Assembly: GCA_032718475.1 (NCBI GenBank)
Contig: JAUCBJ010007484.1
Location: 62,001 to 126,000 of the forward strand
DNA: 64,000 nt
Reading direction: 5' to 3'
DNA from: Nemertoderma westbladi
Lineage: Eukaryota; Animalia; Xenacoelomorpha
Positions 30,001 through 43,948 of the stretch are shown one piece after another. Position numbers and translations under genes: made by a program. Below the pieces are notes generated by a model. That model ran no database searches and was not told the origin of the DNA. It saw only the letters and a list, made by a program, of their open reading frames with translations. Position 1 is the stretch's first letter. The number at the start of each line of letters is the position of its first letter.

Positions 30001-33000
30001 TAGACTTTAGAACCATAACAGGATGAATGATTGTAGGAAGTATGTTTGAGTGTAGACTTTAGAACCATAACAGGGTGAATGATTGTAGGATGTATGTTTG
30101 AGTGTAGACTTTAGAACCATAACAGGGTGAATGATTGTAGGATGTATGTTTGAGTGTAGACTTTAGAACAATAACAGGGTGTATGATTGTAGGATGTATG
30201 TTTGAGTGTAGACTTTAGAACCATAACAGGGTGAATGATTGTAGGATGTATGTTTGAGTGTAGACTTTAGAACAAATAACGGGATGTATGATTGTAGGAT
30301 GTATGTTTGAGTGTAGACTTTAGAACCATAACAGGGTGAATGATTGTAGGATGTATGTTTGAGTGTAGACTTTAGAACAAATAACAGGATGTATGATTGT
30401 AGGATGTATGTTTGAGTGTAGACTTTAGAACCATAACAGGGTGAATGATTGTAGGATGTATGTTTGAGTGTAGACTTTAGAACCATAACAGGATGTATGA
30501 TTGTAGGATGTATGTTTGAGTGTAGACTTTAGAACCATAACAGGATGTATGATTGTAGGATGTATGTTTGAGTGTAGACTTTAGAACCATAACAAGGTAA
30601 ATGATTGTAGGATGTATGTTTGAGTGTAGACTTTAGAACCATAACAGGATGAATGGTTGTAGGATGTATGTTTGAGTGTAGACTTTAGAACCATAACAGG
30701 ATGTATGATTGTAGGAAGTATGTTTGAGTGTAGACTTTAGAACCATAACAGGATGTATGATTGTAGGATGTATGTTTGAGTGTAGACTTTAGAACCATAA
30801 CAGGATGTATGATTGTAGGATGTATGTTTGAGTGTAGACTTTAGAACCATAACAGGGTGAATGATTGTAGGAAGTATGTTTGAGTGTAGACTTTAGAACC
30901 ATAACAGGATGTATGATTGTAGGAAGTATGTTTGAGTGTAGACTTTAGAACCATAACAAGGTAAATGATTGTAGGAAGTATGTTTGAGTGTAGACTTTAG
31001 AACCATAACAGGATGTATGATTGTAGGATGTATGTTTGAGTGTAGACTTTAGAACCATAACAGGGTGAATGATTGTAGGAAGTATGTTTGAGTGTAGACT
31101 TTAGAACCATAACAGGGTGAATGATTGTAGGAAGTATGTTTGAGTGTAGTCTTTAGAACCATAACAGGGTGTATGATTGTAGGATGTATGTTTGAGTGTA
31201 GACTTTAGAACCATAACAGGATGTATGATTGTAGGAAGTATGTTTGAGTGTAGACTTTAGAACCATAACAAGGTAAATGATTGTAGGAAGTATGTTTGAG
31301 TGTAGACTTTAGAACCATAACAGGATGTATGATTGTAGGATGTAGTATGTTTGAGTGTAGACTTTAGAACCATAACAGGATGTATGATTGTAGGAAGTAT
31401 GTTTGAGTGTAGACTTTAGAACCATAACAGGGTGAATGATTGTAGGAAGTATGTTTGAGTGTAGACTTTAGAACCATAACAGGGTGAATGATTGTAGGAA
31501 GTATGTTTGAGTGTAGACTTTAGAACCATAACAGGATGTATGATTGTAGGAAGTATGTTTGAGTGTAGACTTTAGAACCATAACAAGGTAAATGATTGTA
31601 GGAAGTATGTTTGAGTGTAGACTTTAGAACCATAACAGGATGTATGATTGTAGGATGTATGTTTGAGTGTAGACTTTAGAACCGTAACAGGGTGTATGAT
31701 TGTAGGAAGTATGTTTGAGTGTAGACTTTAGAACCATAACAGGATGTATGATTGTAGGATGTATGTTTGAGTGTAGACTTTAGAACCATAACAGGGTGTA
31801 TGATTGTAGGAAGTATGTTTGAGTGTAGACTTTAGAACCATAACAGGGTAAATGATTGTAGGATGTATGTTTGAGTGTAGACTTTAGAACCATAACAAGG
31901 TAAATGATTGTAGGAAGTATGTTTGAGTGTAGTCTTTAGAACCATAACAGGGTGTATGATTATAGGATGTATGTTTGAGTGTAGACTTTAGAACCATAAC
32001 AGGGTGTATGATTGTAGGATGTATGTTTGAGTGTAGACTTTAGAACCATAACAGGGTGAATGATTGTAGGAAGTATGTTTGAGTGTAGACTTTAGAACCA
32101 TAACAGGGTGTATGATTGTAGGATGTAGTATGTTTGAGTGTAGACTTTAGAACCATAACAGGGTGTATGATTGTAGGATGTATGTTTGAGTGTAGACTTT
32201 AGAACCATAACAGGGTGTATGATTGTAGGAAGTATGTTTGAGTGTAGACTTTAGAACCATAACAGGATGTATGATTGTAGGATGTATGTTTGAGTGTAGA
32301 CTTTAGAACCATAACAGGGTGTATGATTGTAGGAAGTATGTTTGAGTGTAGACTTTAGAACCATAACAGGGTAAATGATTGTAGGATGTATGTTTGAGTG
32401 TAGACTTTAGAACCATAACAAGGTAAATGATTGTAGGAAGTATGTTTGAGTGTAGACTTTAGAACCATAACAGGATGTATGATTGTAGGATGTATGTTTG
32501 AGTGTAGACTTTAGAACCATAACAGGGTAAATGATTGTAGGATGTATGTTTGAGTGTAGACTTTAGAACCATAACAAGGTAAATGATTGTAGGAAGTATG
32601 TTTGAGTGTAGTCTTTAGAACCATAACAGGGTGTATGATTATAGGATGTATGTTTGAGTGTAGACTTTAGAACCATAACAGGATGTATGATTGTAGGATG
32701 TATGTTTGAGTGTAGACTTTAGAACCATAACAGGATGTATGATTGTAGGATGTATGTTTGAGTGTAGACTTTAGAACCATAACAGGGTAAATGATTGTAG
32801 GATGTATGTTTGAGTGTAGACTTTAGAACCATAACAAGGTAAATGATTGTAGGAAGTATGTTTGAGTGTAGTCTTTAGAACCATAACAGGGTGTATGATT
32901 ATAGGATGTATGTTTGAGTGTAGACTTTAGAACCATAACAGGGTGTATGATTGTAGGAAGTATGTTTGAGTGTAGACTTTAGAACCATAACAGGGTGTAT

Positions 33001-36000
33001 GATTGTAGGATGTATGTTTGAGTGTAGACTTTAGAACCATAACAGGGTGAATGATTGTAGGAAGTATGTTTGAGTGTAGACTTTAGAACCATAACAAGGT
33101 AAATGATTGTAGGAAGTATGTTTGAGTGTAGACTTTAGAACCATAACAGGGTGTATGATTGTAGGAAGTATGTTTGAGTGTAGACTTTAGAACCATAACA
33201 GGGTGTATGATTGTAGGATGTATGTTTGAGTGTAGACTTTAGAACCATAACAGGGTGAATGATTGTAGGAAGTATGTTTGAGTGTAGACTTTAGAACCAT
33301 AACAAGGTAAATGATTGTAGGAAGTATGTTTGAGTGTAGACTTTAGAACCATAACAGGATGTATGATTGTAGGATGTATGTTTGAGTGTAGACTTTAGAA
33401 CCATAACAGGATGTATGATTGTAGGATGTATGTTTGAGTGTAGACTTTAGAACCATAACAGGATGTATGATTGTAGGATGTAGTATGTTTGAGTGTAGAC
33501 TTTAGAACCATAACAGGATGTATGATTGTAGGATGTATGTTTGAGTGTAGACTTTAGAACCATAACAGGATTTATGATTGTAGGATGTATGTTTGAGTGT
33601 AGACTTTAGAACCATAACAGGGTGTATGATTGTAGGAAGTATGTTTGAGTGTAGACTTTAGAACCATAACAGGATGTATGATTGTAGGATGTATGTTTGA
33701 GTGTAGACTTTAGAACCATAACAGGGTGAATGATTGTAGGAAGTATGTTTGAGTGTAGACTTTAGAACCATAACAGGGTGTATGATTGTAGGAAGTATGT
33801 TTGAGTGTAGACTTTAGAACCATAACAAGGTAAATGATTGTAGGAAGTATGTTTGAGTGTAGACTTTAGAACCATAACAGGATTTATGATTGTAGGATGT
33901 ATGTTTGAGTGTAGACTTTAGAACCATAACAGGGTGTATGATTGTAGGAAGTATGTTTGAGTGTAGACTTTAGAACCATAACAGGGTAAATGATTGTAGG
34001 ATGTATGTTTGAGTGTAGACTTTAGAACCATAACAGGGTGTATGATTGTAGATTGTAGGATGTATGTTTGAGTGTAGACTTTAGAACCATAACAGGATGT
34101 ATGATTGTAGGAAGTATGTTTGAGTGTAGACTTTAGAACCATAACAGGGTGTATGATTGTAGATTGTAGGATGTATGTTTGAGTGTAGACTTTAGAACCA
34201 TAACAGGGTGTATGATTGTAGATTGTAGGATGTATGTTTGAGTGTAGACTTTAGAACCATAACAGGATGTATGATTGTAGGAAGTATGTTTGAGTGTAGA
34301 CTTTAGAACCATAACAGGGTGTATGATTGTAGATTGTAGGATGTATGTTTGTGTGTAGACTTTAGAACCATAACAGGATGTATGATTGTAGGAAGTATGT
34401 TTGAGTGTAGACTTTAGAACCATAACAGGATGTATGATTGTAGGATGTATGTTTGAGTGTAGACTTTAGAACCATAACAAGGTAAATGATTGTAGGATGT
34501 ATGTTTGAGTGTAGACTTTAGAACCATAACAGGGTGTATGATTGTAGGATGTATGTTTGAGTGTAGACTTTAGAACCATAACAGGATGTATGATTGTAGG
34601 ATGTATGTTTGAGTGTAGACTTTAGAACCATAACAGGGTGAATGATTGTAGGATGTATGTTTGAGTGTAGACTTTAGAACCATAACAGGGTGTATGATTG
34701 TAGGAAGTATGTTTGAGTGTAGACTTTAGAACCATAACAGGATGTATGATTGTAGGATGTATGTTTGAGTGTAGACTTTAGAACCATAACAGGATGTATG
34801 ATTGTAGGATGTATGTTTGAGTGTAGACTTTAGAACCATAACAGGGTGTATGATTGTAGGATGTATGTTTGAGTGTAGACTTTAGAACCATAACAGGGTG
34901 TATGATTGTAGGATGTAGTATGTTTGAGTGTAGACTTTAGAACCATAACAGGGTGTATGATTGTAGGATGTATGTTTGAGTGTAGACTTTAGAACCATAA
35001 CAGGGTGAATGATTGTAGGAAGTATGTTTGAGTGTAGACTTTAGAACCATAACAGGATGTATGATTGTAGGAAGTATGTTTGAGTGTAGACTTTAGAACC
35101 ATAACAAGGTAAATGATTGTAGGAAGTATGTTTGAGTGTAGACTTTAGAACCATAACAGGATGTATGATTGTAGGATGTATGTTTGAGTGTAGACTTTAG
35201 AACCATAACAGGGTGTATGATTGTAGGAAGTATGTTTGAGTGTAGACTTTAGAACCATAACAGGGTAAATGATTGTAGGATGTATGTTTGAGTGTAGACT
35301 TTAGAACCATAACAGGGTAAATGATTGTAGGATGTATGTTTGAGTGTAGACTTTAGAACCATAACAGGGTAAATGATTGTAGGATGTATGTTTGAGTGTA
35401 GACTTTAGAACCATAACAAGGTGTATGATTGTAGGATGTATGTTTGAGTGTAGACTTTAGAACCATAACAAGGTAAATGATTGTAGGAAGTATGTTTGAG
35501 TGTAGACTTTAGAACCATAACAGGGTAAATGATTGTAGGATGTATGTTTGAGTGTAGACTTTAGAACCATAACAAGGTAAATGATTGTAGGAAGTATGTT
35601 TGAGTGTAGACTTTAGAACCATAACAGGGTGTATGATTGTAGGATAGTATGTTTGAGTGTAGACTTTAGAACCATAACAGGGTGTATGATTGTAGGAAGT
35701 ATGTTTGAGTGTAGACTTTAGAACCATAACAGGGTAAATGATTGTAGGATGTATGTTTGAGTGTAGACTTTAGAACCATAACAAGGTAAATGATTGTAGG
35801 AAGTATGTTTGAGTGTAGACTTTAGAACCATAACAGGGTAAATGATTGTAGGATGTATGTTTGAGTGTAGACTTTAGAACCATAACAGGGTAAATGATTG
35901 TAGGATGTATGTTTGAGTGTAGACTTTAGAACCATAACAAGGTAAATGATTGTAGGAAGTATGTTTGAGTGTAGACTTTAGAACCATAACAGGGTGTATG

Positions 36001-39000
36001 ATTGTAGGATAGTATGTTTGAGTGTAGACTTTAGAACCATAACAGGGTGTATGATTGTAGGAAGTATGTTTGAGTGTAGACTTTAGAACCATAACAGGGT
36101 AAATGATTGTAGGATGTATGTTTGAGTGTAGACTTTAGAACCATAACAGGGTAAATGATTGTAGGAAGTATGTTTGAGTGTAGACTTTAGAACCATAACA
36201 GGGTGTATGATTGTAGGAAGTATGTTTGAGTGTAGACTTTAGAACCATAACAGGGTAAATGATTGTAGGATGTATGTTTGAGTGTAGACTTTAGAACCAT
36301 AACAAGGTAAATGATTGTAGGATGTATGTTTGAGTGTAGACTTTAGAACCATAACAGGGTGTATGATTGTAGGAAGTATGTTTGAGTGTAGACTTTAGAA
36401 CCATAACAGGGTAAATGATTGTAGGATGTATGTTTGAGTGTAGACTTTAGAACCATAACAAGGTAAATGATTGTAGGAAGTATGTTTGAGTGTAGACTTT
36501 AGAACCATAACAGGGTGTATGATTGTAGGAAGTATGTTTGAGTGTAGACTTTAGAACCATAACAGGGTAAATGATTGTAGGATGTATGTTTGAGTGTAGA
36601 CTTTAGAACCATAACAAGGTAAATGATTGTAGGAAGTATGTTTGAGTGTAGACTTTAGAACCATAACAGGGTGTATGATTGTAGGAAGTATGTTTGAGTG
36701 TAGACTTTAGAACCATAACAGGGTAAATGATTGTAGGATGTATGTTTGAGTGTAGACTTTAGAACCATAACAAGGTAAATGATTGTAGGATGTATGTTTG
36801 AGTGTAGACTTTAGAACCATAACAGGGTGTATGATTGTAGGAAGTATGTTTGAGTGTAGACTTTAGAACCATAACAGGGTAAATGATTGTAGGATGTATG
36901 TTTGAGTGTAGACTTTAGAACCATAACAGGGTAAATGATTGTAGGAAGTATGTTTGAGTGTAGACTTTAGAACCATAACAGGGTGTATGATTGTAGGATG
37001 TAGTATGTTTGAGTGTAGTCTTTAGAACCATAACAGGGTGTATGATTATAGGATGTATGTTTGAGTGTAGACTTTAGAACCATAACAGGGTGTATGATTG
37101 TAGGAAGTATGTTTGAGTGTAGACTTTAGAACCATAACAGGGTAAATGATTGTAGGAAGTATGTTTGAGTGTAGACTTTAGAACCATAACAGGATGTATG
37201 ATTGTAGGATGTATGTTTGAGTGTAGACTTTAGAACCATAACAGGGTGTATGATTGTAGGATAGTATGTTTGAGTGTAGACTTTAGAACCATAACAGGGT
37301 GTATGATTGTAGGATGTATGTTTGAGTGTAGACTTTAGAACCATAACAGGGTGTATGATTGTAGGATGTATGTTTGAGTGTAGACTTTAGAACCATAACA
37401 GGGTGTATGATTGTAGGATGTAGTGTTTGAGTGTAGACTTTAGAACCATAACAGGGTGTATGATTGTAGGATGTATGTTTGAGTGTAGACTTTAGAACCA
37501 TAACAGGGTGAATGATTGTAGGAAGTATGTTTGAGTGTAGACTTTAGAACCATAACAGGGTAAATGATTGTAGGAAGTATGTTTGAGTGTAGACTTTAGA
37601 ACCATAACAGGGTGTATGATTGTAGGATGTATGTTTGAGTGTAGACTTTAGAACCATAACAGGGTGAATGATTGTAGGAAGTATGTTTGAGTGTAGACTT
37701 TAGAACCATAACAAGGTAAATGATTGTAGGAAGTATGTTTGAGTGTAGACTTTAGAACCATAACAGGGTGAATGATTGTAGGAAGTATGTTTGAGTGTAG
37801 ACTTTAGAACCATAACAGGGTAAATGATTGTAGGAAGTATGTTTGAGTGTAGACTTTAGAACCATAACAGGGTGAATGATTGTAGGAAGTATGTTTGAGT
37901 GTAGACTTTAGAACCATAACAAGGTGAATGATTGTAGGAAGTATGTTTGAGTGTAGACTTTAGAACCATAACAAGGTGAATGATTGTAGGAAGTATGTTT
38001 GAGTGTAGACTTTAGAACCATAACAGGGTGAATGATTGTAGGATGTATGTTTGAGTGTAGACTTTAGAACCATAACAGGGTGTATGATTGTAGGAAGTAT
38101 GTTTGAGTGTAGACTTTAGAACCATAACAGGATTTATGATTGTAGGATGTATGTTTGAGTGTAGACTTTAGAACCATAACAGGGTGTATGATTGTAGGAA
38201 GTATGTTTGAGTGTAGACTTTAGAACCATAACAGGATGAATGATTGTAGGATGTATGTTTGAGTGTAGACTTTAGAACCATAACAGGGTAAATGATTGTA
38301 GGATGTATGTTTGAGTGTAGACTTTAGAACCATAACAGGGTGTATGATTGTAGGAAGTATGTTTGAGTGTAGACTTTAGAACCATAACAGGATGTATGAT
38401 TGTAGGATGTATGTTTGAGTGTAGACTTTAGAACCATAACAGGATGTATGATTGTAGGATGTATGTTTGAGTGTAGACTTTAGAACCATAACAAGGTAAA
38501 TGATTGTAGGAAGTATGTTTGAGTGTAGACTTTAGAACCATAACAGGGTGTATGATTGTAGATTGTAGGATGTATGTTTGAGTGTAGACTTTAGAACCAT
38601 AACAGGGTGTATGATTGTAGATTGTAGGATGTATGTTTGAGTGTAGACTTTAGAACCATAACAGGATGTATGATTGTAGGAAGTATGTTTGAGTGTAGAC
38701 TTTAGAACCATAACAGGATGTATGATTGTAGGAAGTATGTTTGAGTGTAGACTTTAGAACCATAACAGGGTGTATGATTGTAGATTGTAGGATGTATGTT
38801 TGAGTGTAGACTTTAGAACCATAACAGGATGTATGATTGTAGGAAGTATGTTTGAGTGTAGACTTTAGAACCATAACAGGGTGTATGATTGTAGATTGTA
38901 GGATGTATGTTTGAGTGTAGACTTTAGAACCATAACAGGATGTATGATTGTAGGAAGTATGTTTGAGTGTAGACTTTAGAACCATAACAGGATGAATGGT

Positions 39001-42000
39001 TGTAGGATGTATGTTAGAGTGTAGACTTTAGAACCATAACAAGGTAAATGATTGTAGGAAGTATGTTTGAGTGTAGACTTTAGAACCATAACAGGATGTA
39101 TGATTGTAGGATGTATGTTTGAGTGTAGACTTTAGAACCATAACAAGGTAAATGATTGTAGGAAGTATGTTTGAGTGTAGACTTTAGAACCATAACAGGA
39201 TGTATGATTGTAGGATGTATGTTTGAGTGTAGACTTTAGAACCATAACAGGGTAAATGATTGTAGGAAGTATGTTTGAGTGTAGACTTTAGAACCATAAC
39301 AAGGTAAATGATTGTAGGAAGTATGTTTGAGTGTAGACTTTAGAACCATAACAAGGTAAATGATTGTAGGAAGTATGTTTGAGTGTAGACTTTAGAACCA
39401 TAACAGGATGTATGATTGTAGGATGTATGTTTGAGTGTAGACTTTAGAACCATAACAAGGTAAATGATTGTAGGAAGTATGTTTGAGTGTAGACTTTAGA
39501 ACCATAACAGGATGTATGATTGTAGGATGTATGTTTGAGTGTAGACTTTAGAACCATAACAGGATGTATGATTGTAGGATGTATGTTTGAGTGTAGACTT
39601 TAGAACCATAACAAGGTAAATGATTGTAGGAAGTATGTTTGAGTGTAGACTTTAGAACCATAACAGGATGTATGATTGTAGGATGTATGTTTGAGTGTAG
39701 ACTTTAGAACCATAACAGGGTGTATGATTGTAGATTGTAGGATGTATGTTTGAGTGTAGACTTTAGAACCATAACAGGGTGAATGATTGTAGGATGTATG
39801 TTTGAGTGTAGACTTTAGAACCATAACAGGGTGTATGATTGTAGATTGTAGGATGTATGTTTGAGTGTAGACTTTAGAACCATAACAGGGTGAATGATTG
39901 TAGGATGTATGTTTGAGTGTAGACTTTAGAACCATAACAGGATGTATGATTGTAGGATGTATGTTTGAGTGTAGACTTTAGAACCATAACAAGGTAAATG
40001 ATTGTAGGAAGTATGTTTGAGTGTAGACTTTAGAACCATAACAGGGTGAATGATTGTAGGATGTATGTTTGAGTGTAGACTTTAGAACCATAACAGGGTG
40101 AATGATTGTAGGATGTATGTTTGAGTGTAGACTTTAGAACCATAACAGGGTGTATGATTGTAGGATGTATGTTTGAGTGTAGACTTTAGAACCATAACAG
40201 GGTGTATGATTGTAGATTGTAGGATGTATGTTTGAGTGTAGACTTTAGAACCATAACAGGGTGAATGATTGTAGGATGTATGTTTGAGTGTAGACTTTAG
40301 AACCATAACAGGGTGAATGATTGTAGGATGTATGTTTGAGTGTAGACTTTAGAACCATAACAGGGTGTATGATTGTAGGATGTATGTTTGAGTGTAGACT
40401 TTAGAACCATAACAGGGTGTATGATTGTAGATTGTAGGATGTATGTTTGAGTGTAGACTTTAGAACCATAACAGGGTGAATGATTGTAGGATGTATGTTT
40501 GAGTGTAGACTTTAGAACCATAACAGGATGTATGATTGTAGGATGTATGTTTGAGTGTAGACTTTAGAACCATAACAAGGTAAATGATTGTAGGAAGTAT
40601 GTTTGAGTGTAGACTTTAGAACCATAACAGGATGAATGATTGTAGGATGTATGTTTGAGTGTAGACTTTAGAACCATAACAGGATGTATGATTGTAGGAT
40701 GTATGTTTGAGTGTAGACTTTAGAACCATAACAAGGTAAATGATTGTAGGAAGTATGTTTGAGTGTAGACTTTAGAACCATAACAGGATGTATGATTGTA
40801 GGATGTATGTTTGAGTGTAGACTTTAGAACCATAACAAGGTAAATGATTGTAGGAAGTATGTTTGAGTGTAGACTTTAGAACCATAACAGGATGTATGAT
40901 TGTAGGATGTATGTTTGAGTGTAGACTTTAGAACCATAACAGGGTGAATGATTGTAGGATGTATGTTTGAGTGTAGACTTTAGAACCATAACAGGGTGAA
41001 TGATTGTAGGATGTATGTTTGAGTGTAGACTTTAGAACCATAACAGGGTGTATGATTGTAGGAAGTATGTTTGAGTGTAGACTTTAGAACCATAACAGGA
41101 TGTATGATTGTAGGATGTATGTTTGAGTGTAGACTTTAGAACCATAACAAGGTAAATGATTGTAGGAAGTATGTTTGAGTGTAGACTTTAGAACCATAAC
41201 AGGATGTATGATTGTAGGATGTATGTTTGAGTGTAGACTTTAGAACCATAACAAGGTAAATGATTGTAGGAAGTATGTTTGAGTGTAGACTTTAGAACCA
41301 TAACAGGATGTATGATTGTAGGATGTATGTTTGAGTGTAGACTTTAGAACCATAACAGGGTGAATGATTGTAGGATGTATGTTTGAGTGTAGACTTTAGA
41401 ACCATAACAGGGTGTATGATTGTAGGAAGTATGTTTGAGTGTAGACTTTAGAACCATAACAGGATGTATGATTGTAGGATGTATGTTTGAGTGTAGACTT
41501 TAGAACCATAACAGGATGTATGATTGTAGGATGTATGTTTGAGTGTAGACTTTAGAACCATAACTGGGTGTATGACTGTAGGATGTATGTTTGAGTGTAG
41601 ACTTTAGAACCATAACAGGGTGTATGATTGTAGGATGTAGTATGTTTGAGTGTAGACTTTAGAACCATAACAGGGTGTATGATTGTAGGATGTATGTTTG
41701 AGTGTAGTCTTTAGAACCATAACAGGATGTATGATTGTAGGATGTATGTTTGAGTGTAGACTTTAGAACCATAACAGGGTGTATGATTGTAGGATGTATG
41801 TTTGAGTGTAGACTTTAGAACCATAACAGGGTGAATGATTGTAGGATGTATGTTTGAGTGTAGTCTTTAGAACCATAACAGGGTGTATGATTGCAGATTA
41901 TAGGATGTATGTTTGAGTGTAGACTTTAGAACCATAACAGGGTGTATGATTGTAGGATGTATGTTTGAGTGTAGACTTTAGAACCATAACAGGGTGTATG

Positions 42001-43759
42001 ATTGCAGATTATAGGATGTATGTTTGAGTGTAGACTTTAGAACCATAACAGGGTGTATGATTGTAGATTGTAGGATGTATGTTTGAGTGTAGACTTTATA
42101 ACCATAACAGGGTGTATGATTGTAGGATGTAGTATGTTTGAGTGTAGACTTTAGAACCATAACAGGATGTATGATTGTAGATTGTAGGATGTATGTTTGA
42201 GTGTAGACTTTAGAACCATAACAGGGTGTATGATTGTAGGAAGTATGTTTGAGTGTAGACTTTATAACCATAACAGGGTGTATGATTGTAGGATGTAGTA
42301 TGTTTGAGTGTAGACTTTAGAACCATAACAGGGTGTATGATTGTAGGATGTATGTTTGAGTGTAGACTTTAGAACCATAACAGGGTGTATGATTGCAGAT
42401 TATAGGATGTATGTTTGAGTGTAGACTTTAGAACCATAACAGGGTGTATGATTGTAGATTGTAGGATGTATGTTTGAGTGTAGACTTTATAACCATAACA
42501 GGGTGTATGATTGTAGGATGTAGTATGTTTGAGTGTAGACTTTAGAACCATAACAGGATGTATGATTGTAGATTGTAGGATGTATGTTTGAGTGTAGACT
42601 TTAGAACCATAACAGGATGTATGATTGTAGATTGTAGGATGTATGTTTGAGTGTAGACTTTATAACCATAACAGGGTGTATGATTGTAGGATGTAGTATG
42701 TTTGAGTGTAGACTTTAGAACCATAACAGGATGTATGATTGTAGATTGTAGGATGTATGTTTGAGTGTAGACTTTAGAACCATAACAGGGTGTATGATTG
42801 TAGGAAGTATGTTTGAGTGTAGACTTTAGAACCATAACAGGGTGTATGATTGTAGGATGTATGTTTGAGTGTAGACTTTAGAACCATAACAGGGTGTATG
42901 ATTGTAGGATGTATGTTTGAGTGTAGACTTTAGAACCATAACAGGGTGTATGATTGCAGATTATAGGATGTATGTTTGAGTGTAGACTTTAGAACCATAA
43001 CAGGGTGTATGATTGTAGGATGTAGTATGTTTGAGTGTAGACTTTAGAACCATAACAGGATGTATGATTGTAGATTGTAGGATGTATGTTTGAGTGTAGA
43101 CTTTAGAACCATAACAGGGTGTATGATTGTAGGATGTAGTATGTTTGAGTGTAGACTTTAGAACCATAACAGGATGTATGATTGTAGATTGTAGGATGTA
43201 TGTTTGAGTGTAGACTTTAGAACCATAACAGGGTGTATGATTGTAGATTGTAGGATGTATGTTTGAGTGTAGACTTTAGAACCATAACAGGGTGTATGAT
43301 TGTAGATTGTAGGATGTATGTTTGAGTGTAGACTTTAGAACCATAACAGGGTGTATGATTGTCGATTGTAGGATGTATGTTTGAGTGTAGACTTTAGAAC
43401 CATAACAGGGTGTATGATTGTCGATTGTAGGATGTATGTTTGAGTGTAGACTTTAGAACCATAACAGGGTGTATGATTATAGGATGTATGTTTGAGTGTA
43501 GACTTTAGAACCATAACAGGGTGTATGATTGTAGGATGTATGTTTGAGTGTAGACTTTAGAACCATAACAGGGTGTATGATTGTAGATTGTAGGATGTAT
43601 GTTTGAGTGTAGACTTTAGAACCATAACAGGGTGTATGATTGTAGATTGTAGGATGTATGTTTGAGTGTAGACTTTAGAACCATAACAGGGTGTATGATT
43701 ATAGGATGTATGTTTGAGTGTAGACTTTAGAACCATAACAGGATGAATGGTTGTAGGAT
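1..43759. repeat. 52-bp tandem satellite array, block 1 (continues beyond the left edge)
   Basis: Head-to-tail monomer GACTTTAGAACCATAACAGGGTGTATGATTGTAGGATGTATGTTTGAGTGTA (52 bp; 15 G vs 4 C on +; no CpG). Recurrent variants: +GTA (55 bp), +GATTGTA (59 bp), GGG/GGA, TGTAT/TGAAT, GGATG/GGAAG, TAGAC/TAGTC, AAGGTAAA. Confidence 0.99.
43749..43759 (+). repeat. 11-bp target-site duplication GGTTGTAGGAT (partner 44458-44468; also 47468-47478/48548-48558)
   Basis: Present on both sides of each insertion and only once at the matching empty site (38998-39008). Confidence 0.93.
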
Positions 43760-43948
43760 CAGAACAGAACAGCCTGGGCCAGGCATTACGGGGTTACAGT
43801 GGTTTCTACAACACTGTATAATAGTTATTCTTTGAGGCATGGTTGCCATTTCTGGCAGAGCACGGGAATAACGAACGAACTTGTACTTTCCTTTGAGTGA
43901 TTAGTTGGCCTAAATATGATCTCCCACTCCACAGCGAAATATTCATCC

